A stretch of 64,000 nucleotides of DNA from an uncultured Candidatus Rokubacteria bacterium (GCA_963762145.1 CAVXJS010000015.1:64001-128000), one strand, 5' to 3'. Shown: positions 51,979 to 62,080, counted from the stretch's first letter. Notes: generated by a model not told the origin, from the letters alone. Made by a program: numbers and translations.

Positions 51979-52914
51979 TCAAGCTTTTGCTACGGCTTTT
52001 TTCCTCTTGGCGACCCACCGCTCCCGCCAGTTCGACCACTCCACGATGAGGGAGCCGGCGATGTAGATCGTCGAGAAGGTGCCCGTGACGACCCCGACGG
52101 TCAGCACGAAGGCCATATCCTCCAGGACCTTGCCCCCGAAGAAGAAGAGGACGGCGGTGGTGAAGAAGACGGTCAGGGCGGTGAGGACCGTCCGGGACAG
52201 GGTCTGGTTGATGGCGTTGTTGATCTGGGTCGCGAAGGTCTCGCCCCGGCGCCGCTTGGCCCGGTTCTCGCGCACCCGGTCATAGGCCACGATGGTGTCG
52301 TTGACCGAGTAGCCGATGATGGTCAGGAGGGCCGCCAGGATGGCCAGCGACATCTCCCGGTTGGTCAGCGACATGGCGGACAGGCAGATGAGCACGTCGT
52401 GGATGATGGCGGCCACGGAGGCCAGCCCACCCACCAGGTCGAACCGGATCGCAATATAGGCCAGGATGCCGGCCATGCTCCAGAGCACGGCGTAGATGGC
52501 CTGGATCTGGAGATCCCTCCCCACCTGCGGTCCCACGAACTCCACCCGCCGGATCTCGTGCTTGCCGAGCTCCGGGTCCTTGGAGAGGGCCTCCTGGGTG
52601 CGCCGCGTCACCTCCTCGGAGGAGAGGGCGGCCAGGGGGAGGCGCAGCAGGTACTCACGGGTATCCCCGAACTCCTGGATGACGCTCTCGCCCATCTGCA
52701 CGGTCTCGAGCGCGTGCCGGATGCGGTCCACCGCCACCGGCTTCTCGAACCGCACCTGGATCAGGGTGCCGCCGGAGAAATCGATCCCGTAACGCAGGCC
52801 GCCCTTGGCCACCATGGAGGTGAGCCCGGCCAGGATGAAGAGGATCGAGATGACGTAGGCCCAGCGCCGCCGGCCGATGAAGTTGAAGTTGGTGTCCCGG
52901 AACAGCTCGATCAT
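51979..52914 (-). CDS. secF: Protein translocase subunit SecF
   Basis: GIDFSGGT, VGPQVG and IGYSVNDTIVAYDRVREN. Confidence 0.96.
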   Translation of the reverse strand: MIELFRDTNFNFIGRRRWAYVISILFILAGLTSMVAKGGLRYGIDFSGGTLIQVRFEKPVAVDRIRHALETVQMGESVIQEFGDTREYLLRLPLAALSSEEVTRRTQEALSKDPELGKHEIRRVEFVGPQVGRDLQIQAIYAVLWSMAGILAYIAIRFDLVGGLASVAAIIHDVLICLSAMSLTNREMSLAILAALLTIIGYSVNDTIVAYDRVRENRAKRRRGETFATQINNAINQTLSRTVLTALTVFFTTAVLFFFGGKVLEDMAFVLTVGVVTGTFSTIYIAGSLIVEWSNWRERWVAKRKKAVAKA

Positions 52915-54467
52915 ATGGACAGCGTCTCCCGCTTGCGCTGGCCCATGTAGATCAGGTCGAAGAGCAGCCGCGTGAAGAAGACGGCAGTGAACAGGCTGAC
53001 CGCGATCCCGATCATCAGGGTCACCGCGAAGCCCTTGATCGGCCCGGTCCCGAACTGGTAGAGGATGAGGCCCGAGACGAGCACGGTCACGTGGGTGTCG
53101 ATGACCGTCTTGAACGCGCGCGAGAAGCCCGCGTCGATGGCCCCACGTACCGTCTTGCCCCCTCGCAGCTCTTCCCGGATGCGCTCGAAGATCAGGATGT
53201 TCGTGTCCACCGCCATGCCGATGGTGAGCGCGATGCCCGCGATGCCGGGCAGGGTCAGGGTGGCGTGGAAGCCCGCCATCGTCGCCATCAGCAGCAGCAG
53301 GTTGAGGCCCAGCGCCACGTCCGCGATGATGCCGGACAGGCGGTAGTACACCAGCATGAACAGGAACACGAGCGCGGTGGAGGCGAGGATCGCGACGATA
53401 CCCTGGCGGATGGAGTCGGCCCCCAGGGAGGGCCCGACCGTCCGCTCCTCGAGCACCTGGACCGGTGCGGGCAGCGCGCCCGCCCGCAGCACGATAGCCA
53501 GGTCGGTGGCCTCGTCCGTGGTGAAGCCGCCCGTGATCTGGGCCCGCCCGGACGGGATGCGCTCGCGGATCTGCGGGGCCGAGTGGACGTTGCCGTCGAG
53601 CACGATGGCGAGGCGCTTGCCCACGTTGGCGTCGGTCACCTCCGAGAAGGCCCGGGCGCCCGCGGCATTGAAGTCCACCGAGACGTAGGGCTCGCTCGTG
53701 TTCTGGTCGATGGAGACGCGGGCGGTGCTCACGTCGCGACCGGTGATCGCCGCCTTCTTCTGCACGAGGAACGGGACCTTCTTCTCCTCGCGGGTCTGCT
53801 TGTCCACCCGGCGCTGGTAGAGGATCTCGGTGCCCGGCGGCGGCCCGGTCCGGAGCGCGGCCTCCGCCTCGGTGCGCTCGTCCACCATCTTGAACTCGAG
53901 CAGCGCGGTCTTGCCGATGAGGGCCTTGGCGCGCGCCGGATCCTGCACGCCCGGGAGCTGCACCAGGATGCGGTTCTCGCCCTGCTGCTGGATGGATGGC
54001 TCGGCGACGCCGAACTGGTCGACGCGGTTGCGGATGGTCTCGAGCCCCTGGCGCACCGCCAGGTCGCGGATGTGGCTGGCCTCGGACGGCTTGAGCGCCA
54101 GCACGACGCGGCCGGCGGCCTGATCGGCTTCCTTCCGGTCGAAGGTGGGCAGGACCTCTTCGGTGGCCTTCACCGCCGCGTCCCAGCTCTGCGGGTTGGC
54201 GAGCTGGAGGACGAGCTCGGACGTACCGCGCCGCTCGACCCGCGTGACGCCGATCCCGCGCTTCTCCAGCTCGGCCTTCGCGGTGTCCCCCGCCCGCTCG
54301 ACCTGCGCCTCGATGGCCTTGTCCACCTCGACGCCCAGGACGAGATGAATGCCCCCCTGCAGGTCGAGACCCAGATTGATGGTGTTGGCGGGCGGATACA
54401 AGTACCAGATCGACACCGCGATGACGACCACGACGAGGGCGATGCGGATACCGAGCTGACGACGCAT
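52911..54467 (-). CDS. secD: Protein translocase subunit SecD
   Basis: NLGLDLQGG, LRAGALPAP, VGPSLG and GMAVDTNILIFERIREE. Confidence 0.96.
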   Translation of the reverse strand: MRRQLGIRIALVVVVIAVSIWYLYPPANTINLGLDLQGGIHLVLGVEVDKAIEAQVERAGDTAKAELEKRGIGVTRVERRGTSELVLQLANPQSWDAAVKATEEVLPTFDRKEADQAAGRVVLALKPSEASHIRDLAVRQGLETIRNRVDQFGVAEPSIQQQGENRILVQLPGVQDPARAKALIGKTALLEFKMVDERTEAEAALRTGPPPGTEILYQRRVDKQTREEKKVPFLVQKKAAITGRDVSTARVSIDQNTSEPYVSVDFNAAGARAFSEVTDANVGKRLAIVLDGNVHSAPQIRERIPSGRAQITGGFTTDEATDLAIVLRAGALPAPVQVLEERTVGPSLGADSIRQGIVAILASTALVFLFMLVYYRLSGIIADVALGLNLLLLMATMAGFHATLTLPGIAGIALTIGMAVDTNILIFERIREELRGGKTVRGAIDAGFSRAFKTVIDTHVTVLVSGLILYQFGTGPIKGFAVTLMIGIAVSLFTAVFFTRLLFDLIYMGQRKRETLSI

Positions 54468-54468
54468 C

Positions 54469-54807
54469 CTAGGCGCTCGACTCCTTGTCGCCCGCGACGG
54501 GCACGATGCGCCCGATGGAGCCGCGCTCGAAATCGAGCTTCACCTGATCGGCCACCTTGAGCGTCACGGTGTGCTCGGACAGCCCCACCACCGTGCCGTA
54601 GAGCCCACCGGTGGTGACGACCCGATCGCCCTTCTTGATCGCGCGCAGGAGGTTCTCCCGCTCTCGCCGCTGCTTCTGCTGGGGGCGGATGATCAGGAAG
54701 TACATGATGGCGAACATGCCGATCATCAGCGGGAGGACGGACATGATGCCGCCGCCGTTACCGCCGCCGCCGGGCGATGGCGCCATCGCGTATGCGAAAT
54801 CGATCAT
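54469..54807 (-). CDS. yajC: Preprotein translocase subunit YajC
   Basis: YFLIIRPQQKQ and KGDRVVTTGGLYG. Confidence 0.94.
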   Translation of the reverse strand: MIDFAYAMAPSPGGGGNGGGIMSVLPLMIGMFAIMYFLIIRPQQKQRRERENLLRAIKKGDRVVTTGGLYGTVVGLSEHTVTLKVADQVKLDFERGSIGRIVPVAGDKESSA

Positions 54808-54812
54808 GAAAA

Positions 54813-55976
54813 TCAGGCCTCCGAGTCCGCGGGAATGTCGGCCGAGCCGCGCAGGGATTCTACCCCATAACGCTCCAGAAACCGAGACCGGAACGAGGCA
54901 AAGTCGCCGCGCGCGATCGCCTCGCGCATCTGCCGCATGAGGCCCAGGTAGAAGGTGAGGTTGTGCAGGGACAGGAGCCGGTAACCGAGGAGCTCGCGGG
55001 CGCCGAAGAGATGGCGCAGGTACGCACGCGAGAAGCGGCGGCAGGCCTCGCAGGGGCACGCGGCGTCGAGCGGCGCGCCGTCGTGCCGGAAGCGGGCGTT
55101 CTCGATGTTGAGCGGTCCGTCCGGAGTGAAGGCCTGCCCGTTTCGCGCGTTGCGCGTCGGCATCACGCAGTCGAAGAGATCGACGCCGCGGGCCACCGCC
55201 TCCACCAGATCCCCGGGCTTCCCGACGCCCATGAGATAGCGCGGGCGGTCGGCCGGCAAGCTCGAGGCCACCAGCGCCGCGATGTCGTACAGCTCGGGCT
55301 TGGGCTCGCCCACCGCGAGCCCGCCGATGGCGTAGCCCGGCAGGTCGAGCGCGCACGTCTCCTGTACCGCGCGCCGCCGCATCGCGGGCGAGGTGCCGCC
55401 CTGCACGATGCCGAAGAGCGCGCCCGGCGCGCCCGCGGCCCGGTGCGCCGCGACGGCCCGGCGGAGCCATCGCAGCGTCAGCGCGAGCGAGCGCTCGGTC
55501 GCCTCGAGGGTGGCCGGATGCTCCAGACACTCGTCGAGCGGGTGGAGCACGTCGACGCCGAGCGCGTGCTGGACCGCGACGACCGACTCCGGCGTGAGCG
55601 TGCGGAGCGTGCCGTCCACGTGAGAGCGGAACTCGACGCCCTCTTCCCCGATCCGCCGCAGGTTGGCGAGGCTCAACACCTGGAAGCCGCCCGAGTCGGT
55701 CAGGATGGGCCCGTCCCAGGCCATGAAGCGATGGAGGCCGCCGAGCTCGCGCACCAGCTCGGGCCCCGGGCGCAGGAGGAGATGATAGGTATTGGCGAGC
55801 ACGATCTGGGCGCCGGCCGCGATGAGATCGGCCGGGGTCAGGCTCTTGACCGTGCCCTGCGTCGCCACCGGCATGAAGGCCGGCGTCTCGACCGCGCCGT
55901 GCGCGGTGCGGATCCGGCCGAGGCGCGCGGCGCCGTCGGTCCGGATCAGCTCGAAGCCGAAGGGCTCCACGCTCAC
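54813..55976 (-). CDS. tgt: tRNA-guanine transglycosylase
   Basis: TPAFMPVAT, LANTYHL, LTDSGGFQV, RYLMGVG and FDCVMPTRNAR. Confidence 0.96.
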   Translation of the reverse strand: MSVEPFGFELIRTDGAARLGRIRTAHGAVETPAFMPVATQGTVKSLTPADLIAAGAQIVLANTYHLLLRPGPELVRELGGLHRFMAWDGPILTDSGGFQVLSLANLRRIGEEGVEFRSHVDGTLRTLTPESVVAVQHALGVDVLHPLDECLEHPATLEATERSLALTLRWLRRAVAAHRAAGAPGALFGIVQGGTSPAMRRRAVQETCALDLPGYAIGGLAVGEPKPELYDIAALVASSLPADRPRYLMGVGKPGDLVEAVARGVDLFDCVMPTRNARNGQAFTPDGPLNIENARFRHDGAPLDAACPCEACRRFSRAYLRHLFGARELLGYRLLSLHNLTFYLGLMRQMREAIARGDFASFRSRFLERYGVESLRGSADIPADSEA

Positions 55977-57010
55977 TGGATCAGCATCGCGTCGCCGTAC
56001 GAGTAGAAGCGGTAGCGCGCGGCGACCGCGTGTCGGTAGGCGTCCAGGATCAGGTCGCGCCCCGCGAGCGCGGCGACCAGCACCAGCAGGGTCGAGCGCG
56101 GCAGGTGAAAGTTGGTGACGAGCGCGTCCACCACGCGGAAGCGGTGGCCGGGCCGGATGAAGAGGTCGGCCGCGCCCGCGCCCGCTTGGATGCGCCCGTC
56201 CCCGCCCATCGCCCACTCGAGCGCCCGCGTCGTGGTCGTCCCCACCGCGACGACCCGGCGGCCGTCGCGCTTCGCCTCGTCGACCGCGCGCGCGGTCTCG
56301 GCGGGAATCTCGATCGCCTCCGCTTCCAGGTGGTGCTCGTCGAGCCGCGTGGCCCGCAGCGGCCGGAAGGTGCCCGGCCCCACGTGCAGCGTCAGGTAGT
56401 GGGCCGCGATCCCGCGCGCGGCCAGCCGCGCCAGCAGGTCCGGCGTGAAGTGCAGCCCCGCGGTGGGCGCTGCCACCGATCCGTCGTCGCGCGCGTACAC
56501 GGTCTGGTACCGCTCGCGATCCTCCGGCTTCGGCGCATCGTGCCGCGCGATGTACGGCGGCAGCGGCGGCAACCCATGCCGCTCCAGCAGCTCCCGCACC
56601 GGCCACGGCGCCTCGATCTCGACGACCCGCGTCCCCGACTCGCCCTCCCCCACGATGCGCCCGCGCGCCACGCCACCCGCCAGCTCCACGCGTGCCCCCA
56701 CCCGGCACCGCCGCCCCGGCTGCACCAGCGCCTCCCACCGCCCCTCGCCCACCGGCCGCAGCATCAACAGCTCCACCGGCCGCCCGCCCTCGACCGCGGT
56801 CCCCAGCAGCCGCGCCGGGATCACCCGACTCCGATTCGCCACCAGGCAATCCCCCACCCGCAGCAGATCGGGCAGGTCGCGGAACGATCGATCCTCCCAC
56901 GCACTCCGCCCCCGATCGAGCACGAGGAGCCGCGACGTATCCCGCGGCTCCGCCGGCTCCTGCGCAATCAACTCCGCCGGCAGCGCATAGTCAAACAGCG
57001 AAACGTCCAT
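55973..57010 (-). CDS. queA: SAM:tRNA ribosyltransferase-isomerase
   Basis: FDYALPAELIAQ, PLPPYI, AAPTAGLHF, TNFHLP and YRFYSYGDAM. Confidence 0.97.
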   Translation of the reverse strand: MDVSLFDYALPAELIAQEPAEPRDTSRLLVLDRGRSAWEDRSFRDLPDLLRVGDCLVANRSRVIPARLLGTAVEGGRPVELLMLRPVGEGRWEALVQPGRRCRVGARVELAGGVARGRIVGEGESGTRVVEIEAPWPVRELLERHGLPPLPPYIARHDAPKPEDRERYQTVYARDDGSVAAPTAGLHFTPDLLARLAARGIAAHYLTLHVGPGTFRPLRATRLDEHHLEAEAIEIPAETARAVDEAKRDGRRVVAVGTTTTRALEWAMGGDGRIQAGAGAADLFIRPGHRFRVVDALVTNFHLPRSTLLVLVAALAGRDLILDAYRHAVAARYRFYSYGDAMLIQ

Positions 57011-57091
57011 AACCTACGAAGTGTAGCCCGCACCCGCCCAACGAACCAGCCGGACGCCAGAGAGGGACGGGAGGGAACCACGAAGAGAGAC

Positions 57092-57255
57092 CGGGGCGTC
57101 GGGTGGGGCGGGGGGCAGGTGGACCGGGTGACCCGTTCCCCGCCAACGGAAGCCCGGAATCACGCGATCCCAGATTGGGAACTTCCCAGGGCGATAGACG
57201 AGAAAGCGTGTCGTGGTCAGAGGCCCACCTGCCCCCCGCCCCGCCCGACGCCCCG
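57092..57255 (-). repeat. Structured inverted-repeat element, copy B
   Basis: 31-bp arms (57092-57122 / 57225-57255, one mismatch). Core about 90% identical to copy A in reverse orientation. Confidence 0.85.
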
Positions 57256-57275
57256 CCGCCCGCGAGAGCGAGAAG

Positions 57276-57608
57276 CTAGCCGATCCGCGCGCCAGGCGCG
57301 ACGTCGACGTCCGGCGCGAGCAGGATGACCTCGCCGGCCTCGTTGTACGCGCCGAGCACGAGCACCTCGGAGACGAAGGGCCCGATCCGCTTCGGCGGGA
57401 AGTTGACGACCGCGACCACGCGCCGTCCGACCAGCGCGGCCGGCGCGTAGTGATCGGTGATCTGCGCGCTCGAGCGCTTGATGCCGAGCGGCCCGAAGTC
57501 GATCTCGAGCTTGAGCGCGGGCCGCCGGGCCTCCGGGAACTCCTGGGCTGTCACCACCACGCCCACGCGCATGTCCACGCGCGCGAACTCCTCCCAGGAC
57601 AGGCTCAC
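57276..57608 (-). CDS. csaA: CsaA/tRNA-binding OB-fold protein
   Basis: FARVDMRVG, SSAQIT and VVNFPPKRIGPFVSEVLVLG. Confidence 0.9.
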   Translation of the reverse strand: MSLSWEEFARVDMRVGVVVTAQEFPEARRPALKLEIDFGPLGIKRSSAQITDHYAPAALVGRRVVAVVNFPPKRIGPFVSEVLVLGAYNEAGEVILLAPDVDVAPGARIG

Positions 57609-57622
57609 GCCGATCGGCGCGC

Positions 57623-58771
57623 TCAGCGAGCGGTCGGCGCGGGCGGGAGCGTGGCGAGCACCGCGCCCGGATAGTAGTAGGCGACGATCTGCTGCGCCTG
57701 GTAGCCCTGGTCGGCCATGGTCTTGGCGCTCCACTGGTCGAGCCCGACCCCGTGACCGTAGCCGCGACCGACGAAGCGGGCCACCGGGCCCGCCACCGAC
57801 ACCGCGAAGAGCGTGCTCTTGAGCGTGTCGTAGCCGACCAGGCGGCGCAGGTCGTTGCCCCGGAGCATGACGGTGCCCGCGGTGCCGCGAACCGCGATCC
57901 GGGCCACGCGGAGGGACGTGCTCCGCTCCAGGACGTCGAGCGCCACCACGCGTCCGACCGACACCCCGCCCCGCAGGAGCGCGGCCGAGAGATCGGCCAG
58001 GGGCAGATCGAGTCGCCAGCGCTGATGCGGCGAGCCGGAGGGGAACTCGACCCGCACCGGCTTCAGCGCGGGCATGTTCGTGGCCGCGAAGACGACGCGC
58101 GGGTCCTCGGTGTGCCCGCCGCTGTCGGTGTGGTAGAAGGCGGGGAAGAGCTCGCCATTCCACAGCAGCACCTGGCCGGCCGTCTCGTTCACCGCGGCCC
58201 ACACCGGCGAATCCGTCGGCACGCGGCCGCTGTACTGCTGGTTCAGCGTCGAGGCGACGAGGTGGAACGCCTTCTCCGCGTTCAGGCGGCGGTGATAGGC
58301 GGCGTAGGTGCGCGCGACCACCGCCTGCGCCTTCAGCATCTCGACCGGCATCTTGTCGCCCGCCTCGGCCTTGACCGCGCCGGCCAGGTACTCCTCGAGC
58401 GGCAGCTCGTTGATCACGGTGAGCGCATCGCCGGTCTTCACGATCTCGAGCGCGCCGGGATACTCGCGGCCGTTGAAGCGGAGGAACCCGGTGTCGCCGG
58501 CGGCCAGCCGCAGGCCGTCCATCACCCGCCGCCCACCGCCGCTGACCTCGAGCGCGCCACCCTTCCACGTGATGCGAAGCCACGTCGGCGAATCCGCCAC
58601 CACCGCCCGGCCCGCGAGGTCGCTCACCATGATGGGCCCGCCGCCCACCTCGACGACCCGGAGGCCCTCGGCGATGGCCACCCGGATGTCGCCCGAGGCC
58701 GCCGCCGGGCCCGCGCCGAGCAGCAGGGCCAGCGCGACGAGCGCGCCGACCTTCAGGACGCGCGACGACAT
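57623..58771 (-). CDS. SpoIID/LytB domain protein
   Basis: INELPLEEYL, KAQAVVARTYA and GRGYGHGVGL. Confidence 0.92.
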   Translation of the reverse strand: MSSRVLKVGALVALALLLGAGPAAASGDIRVAIAEGLRVVEVGGGPIMVSDLAGRAVVADSPTWLRITWKGGALEVSGGGRRVMDGLRLAAGDTGFLRFNGREYPGALEIVKTGDALTVINELPLEEYLAGAVKAEAGDKMPVEMLKAQAVVARTYAAYHRRLNAEKAFHLVASTLNQQYSGRVPTDSPVWAAVNETAGQVLLWNGELFPAFYHTDSGGHTEDPRVVFAATNMPALKPVRVEFPSGSPHQRWRLDLPLADLSAALLRGGVSVGRVVALDVLERSTSLRVARIAVRGTAGTVMLRGNDLRRLVGYDTLKSTLFAVSVAGPVARFVGRGYGHGVGLDQWSAKTMADQGYQAQQIVAYYYPGAVLATLPPAPTAR

Positions 58772-58998
58772 CAGCGCCGTCCGAAGAGCGAGAAGAGCAG
58801 CGTCAGGATGACGGAGACGATGAGGCAGGTGGCGAGCGGGAAGTAGAAGGTCCAGCCTCCCCGTTCGATATGGATGTCTCCCGGCAACCGTCCGAGCCAT
58901 GGCACCTTCCCCGAGAAGTGCCCCGCGACGAGCAGGGCCGATCCCAGGAGTACCATCCCGAGCCCGAATAGCAGAAGCATTTTGCCCAGCGGAATCAC
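58771..58998 (-). CDS. DUF2905 small membrane protein
   Basis: LGRLPGDI and FYFPLATCLIVS. Confidence 0.88.
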   Translation of the reverse strand: MIPLGKMLLLFGLGMVLLGSALLVAGHFSGKVPWLGRLPGDIHIERGGWTFYFPLATCLIVSVILTLLFSLFGRR

Positions 58999-60029
58999 AA
59001 CGGTAGCTGCCCCTGACCTCCCGGAGCGGCCGGCAGGGCGTGTCCCAGGTGCGCGTACGCCGCGGCGGTCGCGCGGCGGCCGGTCGGGCTACGGACCACG
59101 TAGCCGATCTTGAGCAGGAAGGGCTCCACCACTTCCGCCAGCGTCTCGGCCTCGTCGTTGATGGTGGCGGCGATCGCTTCGAGCCCGACGGGGCCGCCCT
59201 TGTAGTTCTCGATGATCGCGGTGAGGAAGCGCCGATCGAGCCGATCGAGCCCGACCTCGTCGACGCCCTCCTGGTCGAGCGCGCGGACGGCCACCTCCGG
59301 GGTGACGGTGCCGTCCGCCTTCACCTGCGCGTAGTCACGCACCCGCCGAAGCAGGCGGTTGGCGATGCGCGGCGTCCCCCGCGCGCGGCGCGCGATCGCC
59401 TCCGCGCCTCCGGGCGCGATGGGCGCCCCGAGGATGGACGCGGAGCGGTTGATGATCGCGGTCAGATCCTCGCCCGAGTAGAAGTCCAGGTGATGGAAGA
59501 TCCCGAAGCGCTCGCGCAGCGGGGAGGAGAGCATGCCCGGCCGCGTGGTCGCGCCCACCATGGTGAAGGGGCGCAGGGGAATGCGGATCGTGCGGGCGTT
59601 CAGGCCCTTGTCCATCACGAAGTTGACCGAGAAGTCCTCCATCGCCGGATAGAGCAGCTCCTCGACCACGCGCGGCAGCCGGTGGATCTCGTCGATGAAG
59701 AGCACGTCCTTCTCGGCGAGGTTGGTCAGGATCCCCATGAGGTCCGCGCCCCGCTCGAGCGAGGGGCCGGCGGTGGTGATGATGTTCGCCTGCATCTCGT
59801 TGGCCATGATGGTGGCCAGCGTGGTCTTGCCGAGTCCCGGGGGACCCGAGAGCAGGACGTGATCGAGCGGCTCCCCGCGCCGCCGCGCCGCCTCGACCGA
59901 CACGCGCAGGCTGTCGACCGCCGCGCGCTGCCCCACGTACTCGGCGAGGCGCTGCGGCCGGAGCTGCCGCTCGACCTGCGTCTCCTCCGGCAGGGCGACG
60001 CGGCTCATGACGCGGGCCTCGTCGGTCAT
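58995..60029 (-). CDS. ruvB: Holliday junction helicase RuvB
   Basis: LRPQRLAEYVGQ, GPPGLGKTT, FIDEIHRL and RGTPRIANRLLRRVRD. Confidence 0.97.
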   Translation of the reverse strand: MTDEARVMSRVALPEETQVERQLRPQRLAEYVGQRAAVDSLRVSVEAARRRGEPLDHVLLSGPPGLGKTTLATIMANEMQANIITTAGPSLERGADLMGILTNLAEKDVLFIDEIHRLPRVVEELLYPAMEDFSVNFVMDKGLNARTIRIPLRPFTMVGATTRPGMLSSPLRERFGIFHHLDFYSGEDLTAIINRSASILGAPIAPGGAEAIARRARGTPRIANRLLRRVRDYAQVKADGTVTPEVAVRALDQEGVDEVGLDRLDRRFLTAIIENYKGGPVGLEAIAATINDEAETLAEVVEPFLLKIGYVVRSPTGRRATAAAYAHLGHALPAAPGGQGQLPL

Positions 60030-60042
60030 CCCCCCGTCCACG

Positions 60043-60693
60043 TCAGCCCTTTCGGCCGCCACGGTAGATCTCGTCGAGCAGCTCCTCGGGAGTCGTCACG
60101 CCGGGCCGGCGGGCGAGCGCCGCGCCGATGATCGGGGCCGCCTCGCTCGGCCGGTAGCCGAGCTGCTTCACCAGGATGTCGAAGACCATGCCGCGCAGCG
60201 CTTCCTCGTCGGGCGCGACGACCGCGGCCGGCTCCGGGCTCGCCGCCTCGCCCCGGGCGAGCGCGAACTTGGCCACCTTGGCCTGGAGCTGCGCCACGAT
60301 GTTCTTGGCCTTCTGGGGGCCGATGCCGGGCAGGCGGCGCAGATAGCCCTCGTCCTGCCGGGCGATGGCCGCCGCGATCTCGCCGACCGGGGCCGCGAGG
60401 GAGCGGGCCGCCACCATCGGGCCCACGTCCTTCACGGTGATCAGCTTCTCGAAGAACTCGCGGTCGAGCTCCGAGGTGAAGCCGATCAGCACCGGGCGCG
60501 GCTGGTTCTGGGTGGCGTGGTAGTGGATCTCGAGCGCCACCTCGTCGGCCGCGTCCCCGTCCGCGGCCTTGGCGTGCACCAGCTCCTGCTGGGTCACCGG
60601 CGGGACGAAGACCTCGTAGCCCACGCCCGCCGCCTCCACGACCACGCGATCCTCGAGCTTGCGCCGCAGCTTCCCCCGCAAGGACGCGATCAT
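60043..60693 (-). CDS. ruvA: Holliday junction DNA-binding protein RuvA
   Basis: MIASLRG, GVGYEV and LPGIGPQKA HhH. Confidence 0.9.
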   Translation of the reverse strand: MIASLRGKLRRKLEDRVVVEAAGVGYEVFVPPVTQQELVHAKAADGDAADEVALEIHYHATQNQPRPVLIGFTSELDREFFEKLITVKDVGPMVAARSLAAPVGEIAAAIARQDEGYLRRLPGIGPQKAKNIVAQLQAKVAKFALARGEAASPEPAAVVAPDEEALRGMVFDILVKQLGYRPSEAAPIIGAALARRPGVTTPEELLDEIYRGGRKG

Positions 60694-60765
60694 GGCCGTC
60701 CGGTACCCGCGACGCGATGAACCGGCGCACGGCCTCGCTCGTCGGTTGCCCGCCATTGGGGAGTG

Positions 60766-60792
60766 CGGGGGCCATTTCTGGGCCCCCGCAGC
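60766..60792. repeat. REP-like GC hairpin between ruvC and ruvA
   Basis: TGCGGGGGCC-atttctg-GGCCCCCGCA; coordinates approximate. Confidence 0.55.
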
Positions 60793-60819
60793 TGAAGAGA
60801 AGCTTCCGGTTGTCCGGCC

Positions 60820-61314
60820 GCGCCCGGGTGCCGCGACCCTACCGGTGACACGCCCCATCCCGGTCGCCGCCAGCCCGAGCGCGTCCGCCACGTGCGAAGG
60901 CCGCGGCAGCTCCTTGAGCCCGAGCACGGTCTGGACCGCGCGCTGCATCTGTCCCTTGCCCGCCGCGCCGTTGCCGGTCATCGCGCGCTTGACCTCCGAC
61001 GGCGCCAGCGCGAGGACGCTCACCCCGAGCTGACGCGCGGCCAGGTAGATGACGCCCCGGGCGTGGCCCATGAGGATGGCGGTGCGTGGGAACTTGTACT
61101 CGGTGTAGAGATCCTCGACCACGAGCAGCCCGGGCTCCTGCAGCTCGATGATCCGGTGCACCGCCCGATGCAGGGCGTTCAGACGGGCCTCCAGCGGCTG
61201 CCCGGTGGTGGTGCTGATGACACCGGCGTCGCACACCGTCACCCCGCCGGGCCCCACCTCCAGCACGCCGAACCCGGTGGCGACGAGCCCCGGGTCCACC
61301 CCCATGACGCGAAG
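60820..61314 (-). CDS. ruvC: Crossover junction endodeoxyribonuclease RuvC (no stop before ruvA)
   Basis: GVDPGL..TGFG, VVED, GHARGV, VKRAMTGNG and HVADAL. Confidence 0.92.
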
Positions 61315-61318
61315 GGCG

Positions 61319-62071
61319 CTAGGCCGCGGTGATGGCGTCGATGACCTCGTCGGCGATGTCGTAGTTGGAATAGACGGACTGGACGTCGTCCTGCTCCTCG
61401 AGGGCCTCGATGAGCCGCAGCACCGCCGCGGCCTCCTTACCCTCTACCTTCACGGTGGATTGCGGCACCATGTCCACCCGCGCCTCGACCACCGGCATCC
61501 CCTGCCGCTCGAGCGCCTGGCGGACCGTCTCCATTTCATCAGGACTCGCGGTGACCTCGAACACTTTTTCTACCTGCTTGACGTCGGTCGCCCCCGAGTC
61601 GAGGGCCTTCTCGAGCAGATCGTCCTCCTTCACCTTCTGGGCGTCCACCTCGATCATGCCCCGACGGTCGAACATCCAGGCCACGCAGCCCGACGTACCC
61701 ATCCGGCCCTCGTTCTTCTCGAAGATGTGCCGGATCTCGGGCCCGGTGCGGTTCTTGTTGTCGGTCAGCGTTCGCACCATGACCGCCACCCCGCCCGCGC
61801 CGTAGCCCTCGTACGAGATCTCCTCGTAGGACTCGCCGGGAAGCTCCCCGGTCCCCTTCTGGATCGCCCGCTTGATGTTGTCGGCGGGCATGTTGGCCGC
61901 CCTCGCCGACTCGGTGGCCGCCTTCAGGCGCAGGTTGCCCTTGGGATCGCCCCCGCCGTTCTTCGCCGCGACCGTGATCTCACGCAGGATCTTCGAGAAC
62001 AGCTTCCCGCGCTGCACGTCCGTCTTGCCCTTCTTCCGCTTGATCTGCGACCACCGTGAGTGTCCAGACAT
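61319..62071 (-). CDS. yebC: YebC/PmpR family protein
   Basis: MSGHSRWSQIKRKK, YEGYG, TDNKNRT and DDVQSVYSN. Confidence 0.96.
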   Translation of the reverse strand: MSGHSRWSQIKRKKGKTDVQRGKLFSKILREITVAAKNGGGDPKGNLRLKAATESARAANMPADNIKRAIQKGTGELPGESYEEISYEGYGAGGVAVMVRTLTDNKNRTGPEIRHIFEKNEGRMGTSGCVAWMFDRRGMIEVDAQKVKEDDLLEKALDSGATDVKQVEKVFEVTASPDEMETVRQALERQGMPVVEARVDMVPQSTVKVEGKEAAAVLRLIEALEEQDDVQSVYSNYDIADEVIDAITAA

Positions 62072-62080
62072 GCCAATCTC

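Noticed and set aside
57092-57255. Assignment of the structured element as 6S RNA, tRNA or a CRISPR unit
   Set aside because: No cloverleaf and no repeat-spacer periodicity. Two dispersed copies with differing arms argue against a standard single-copy 6S, though this cannot be excluded without cmscan.
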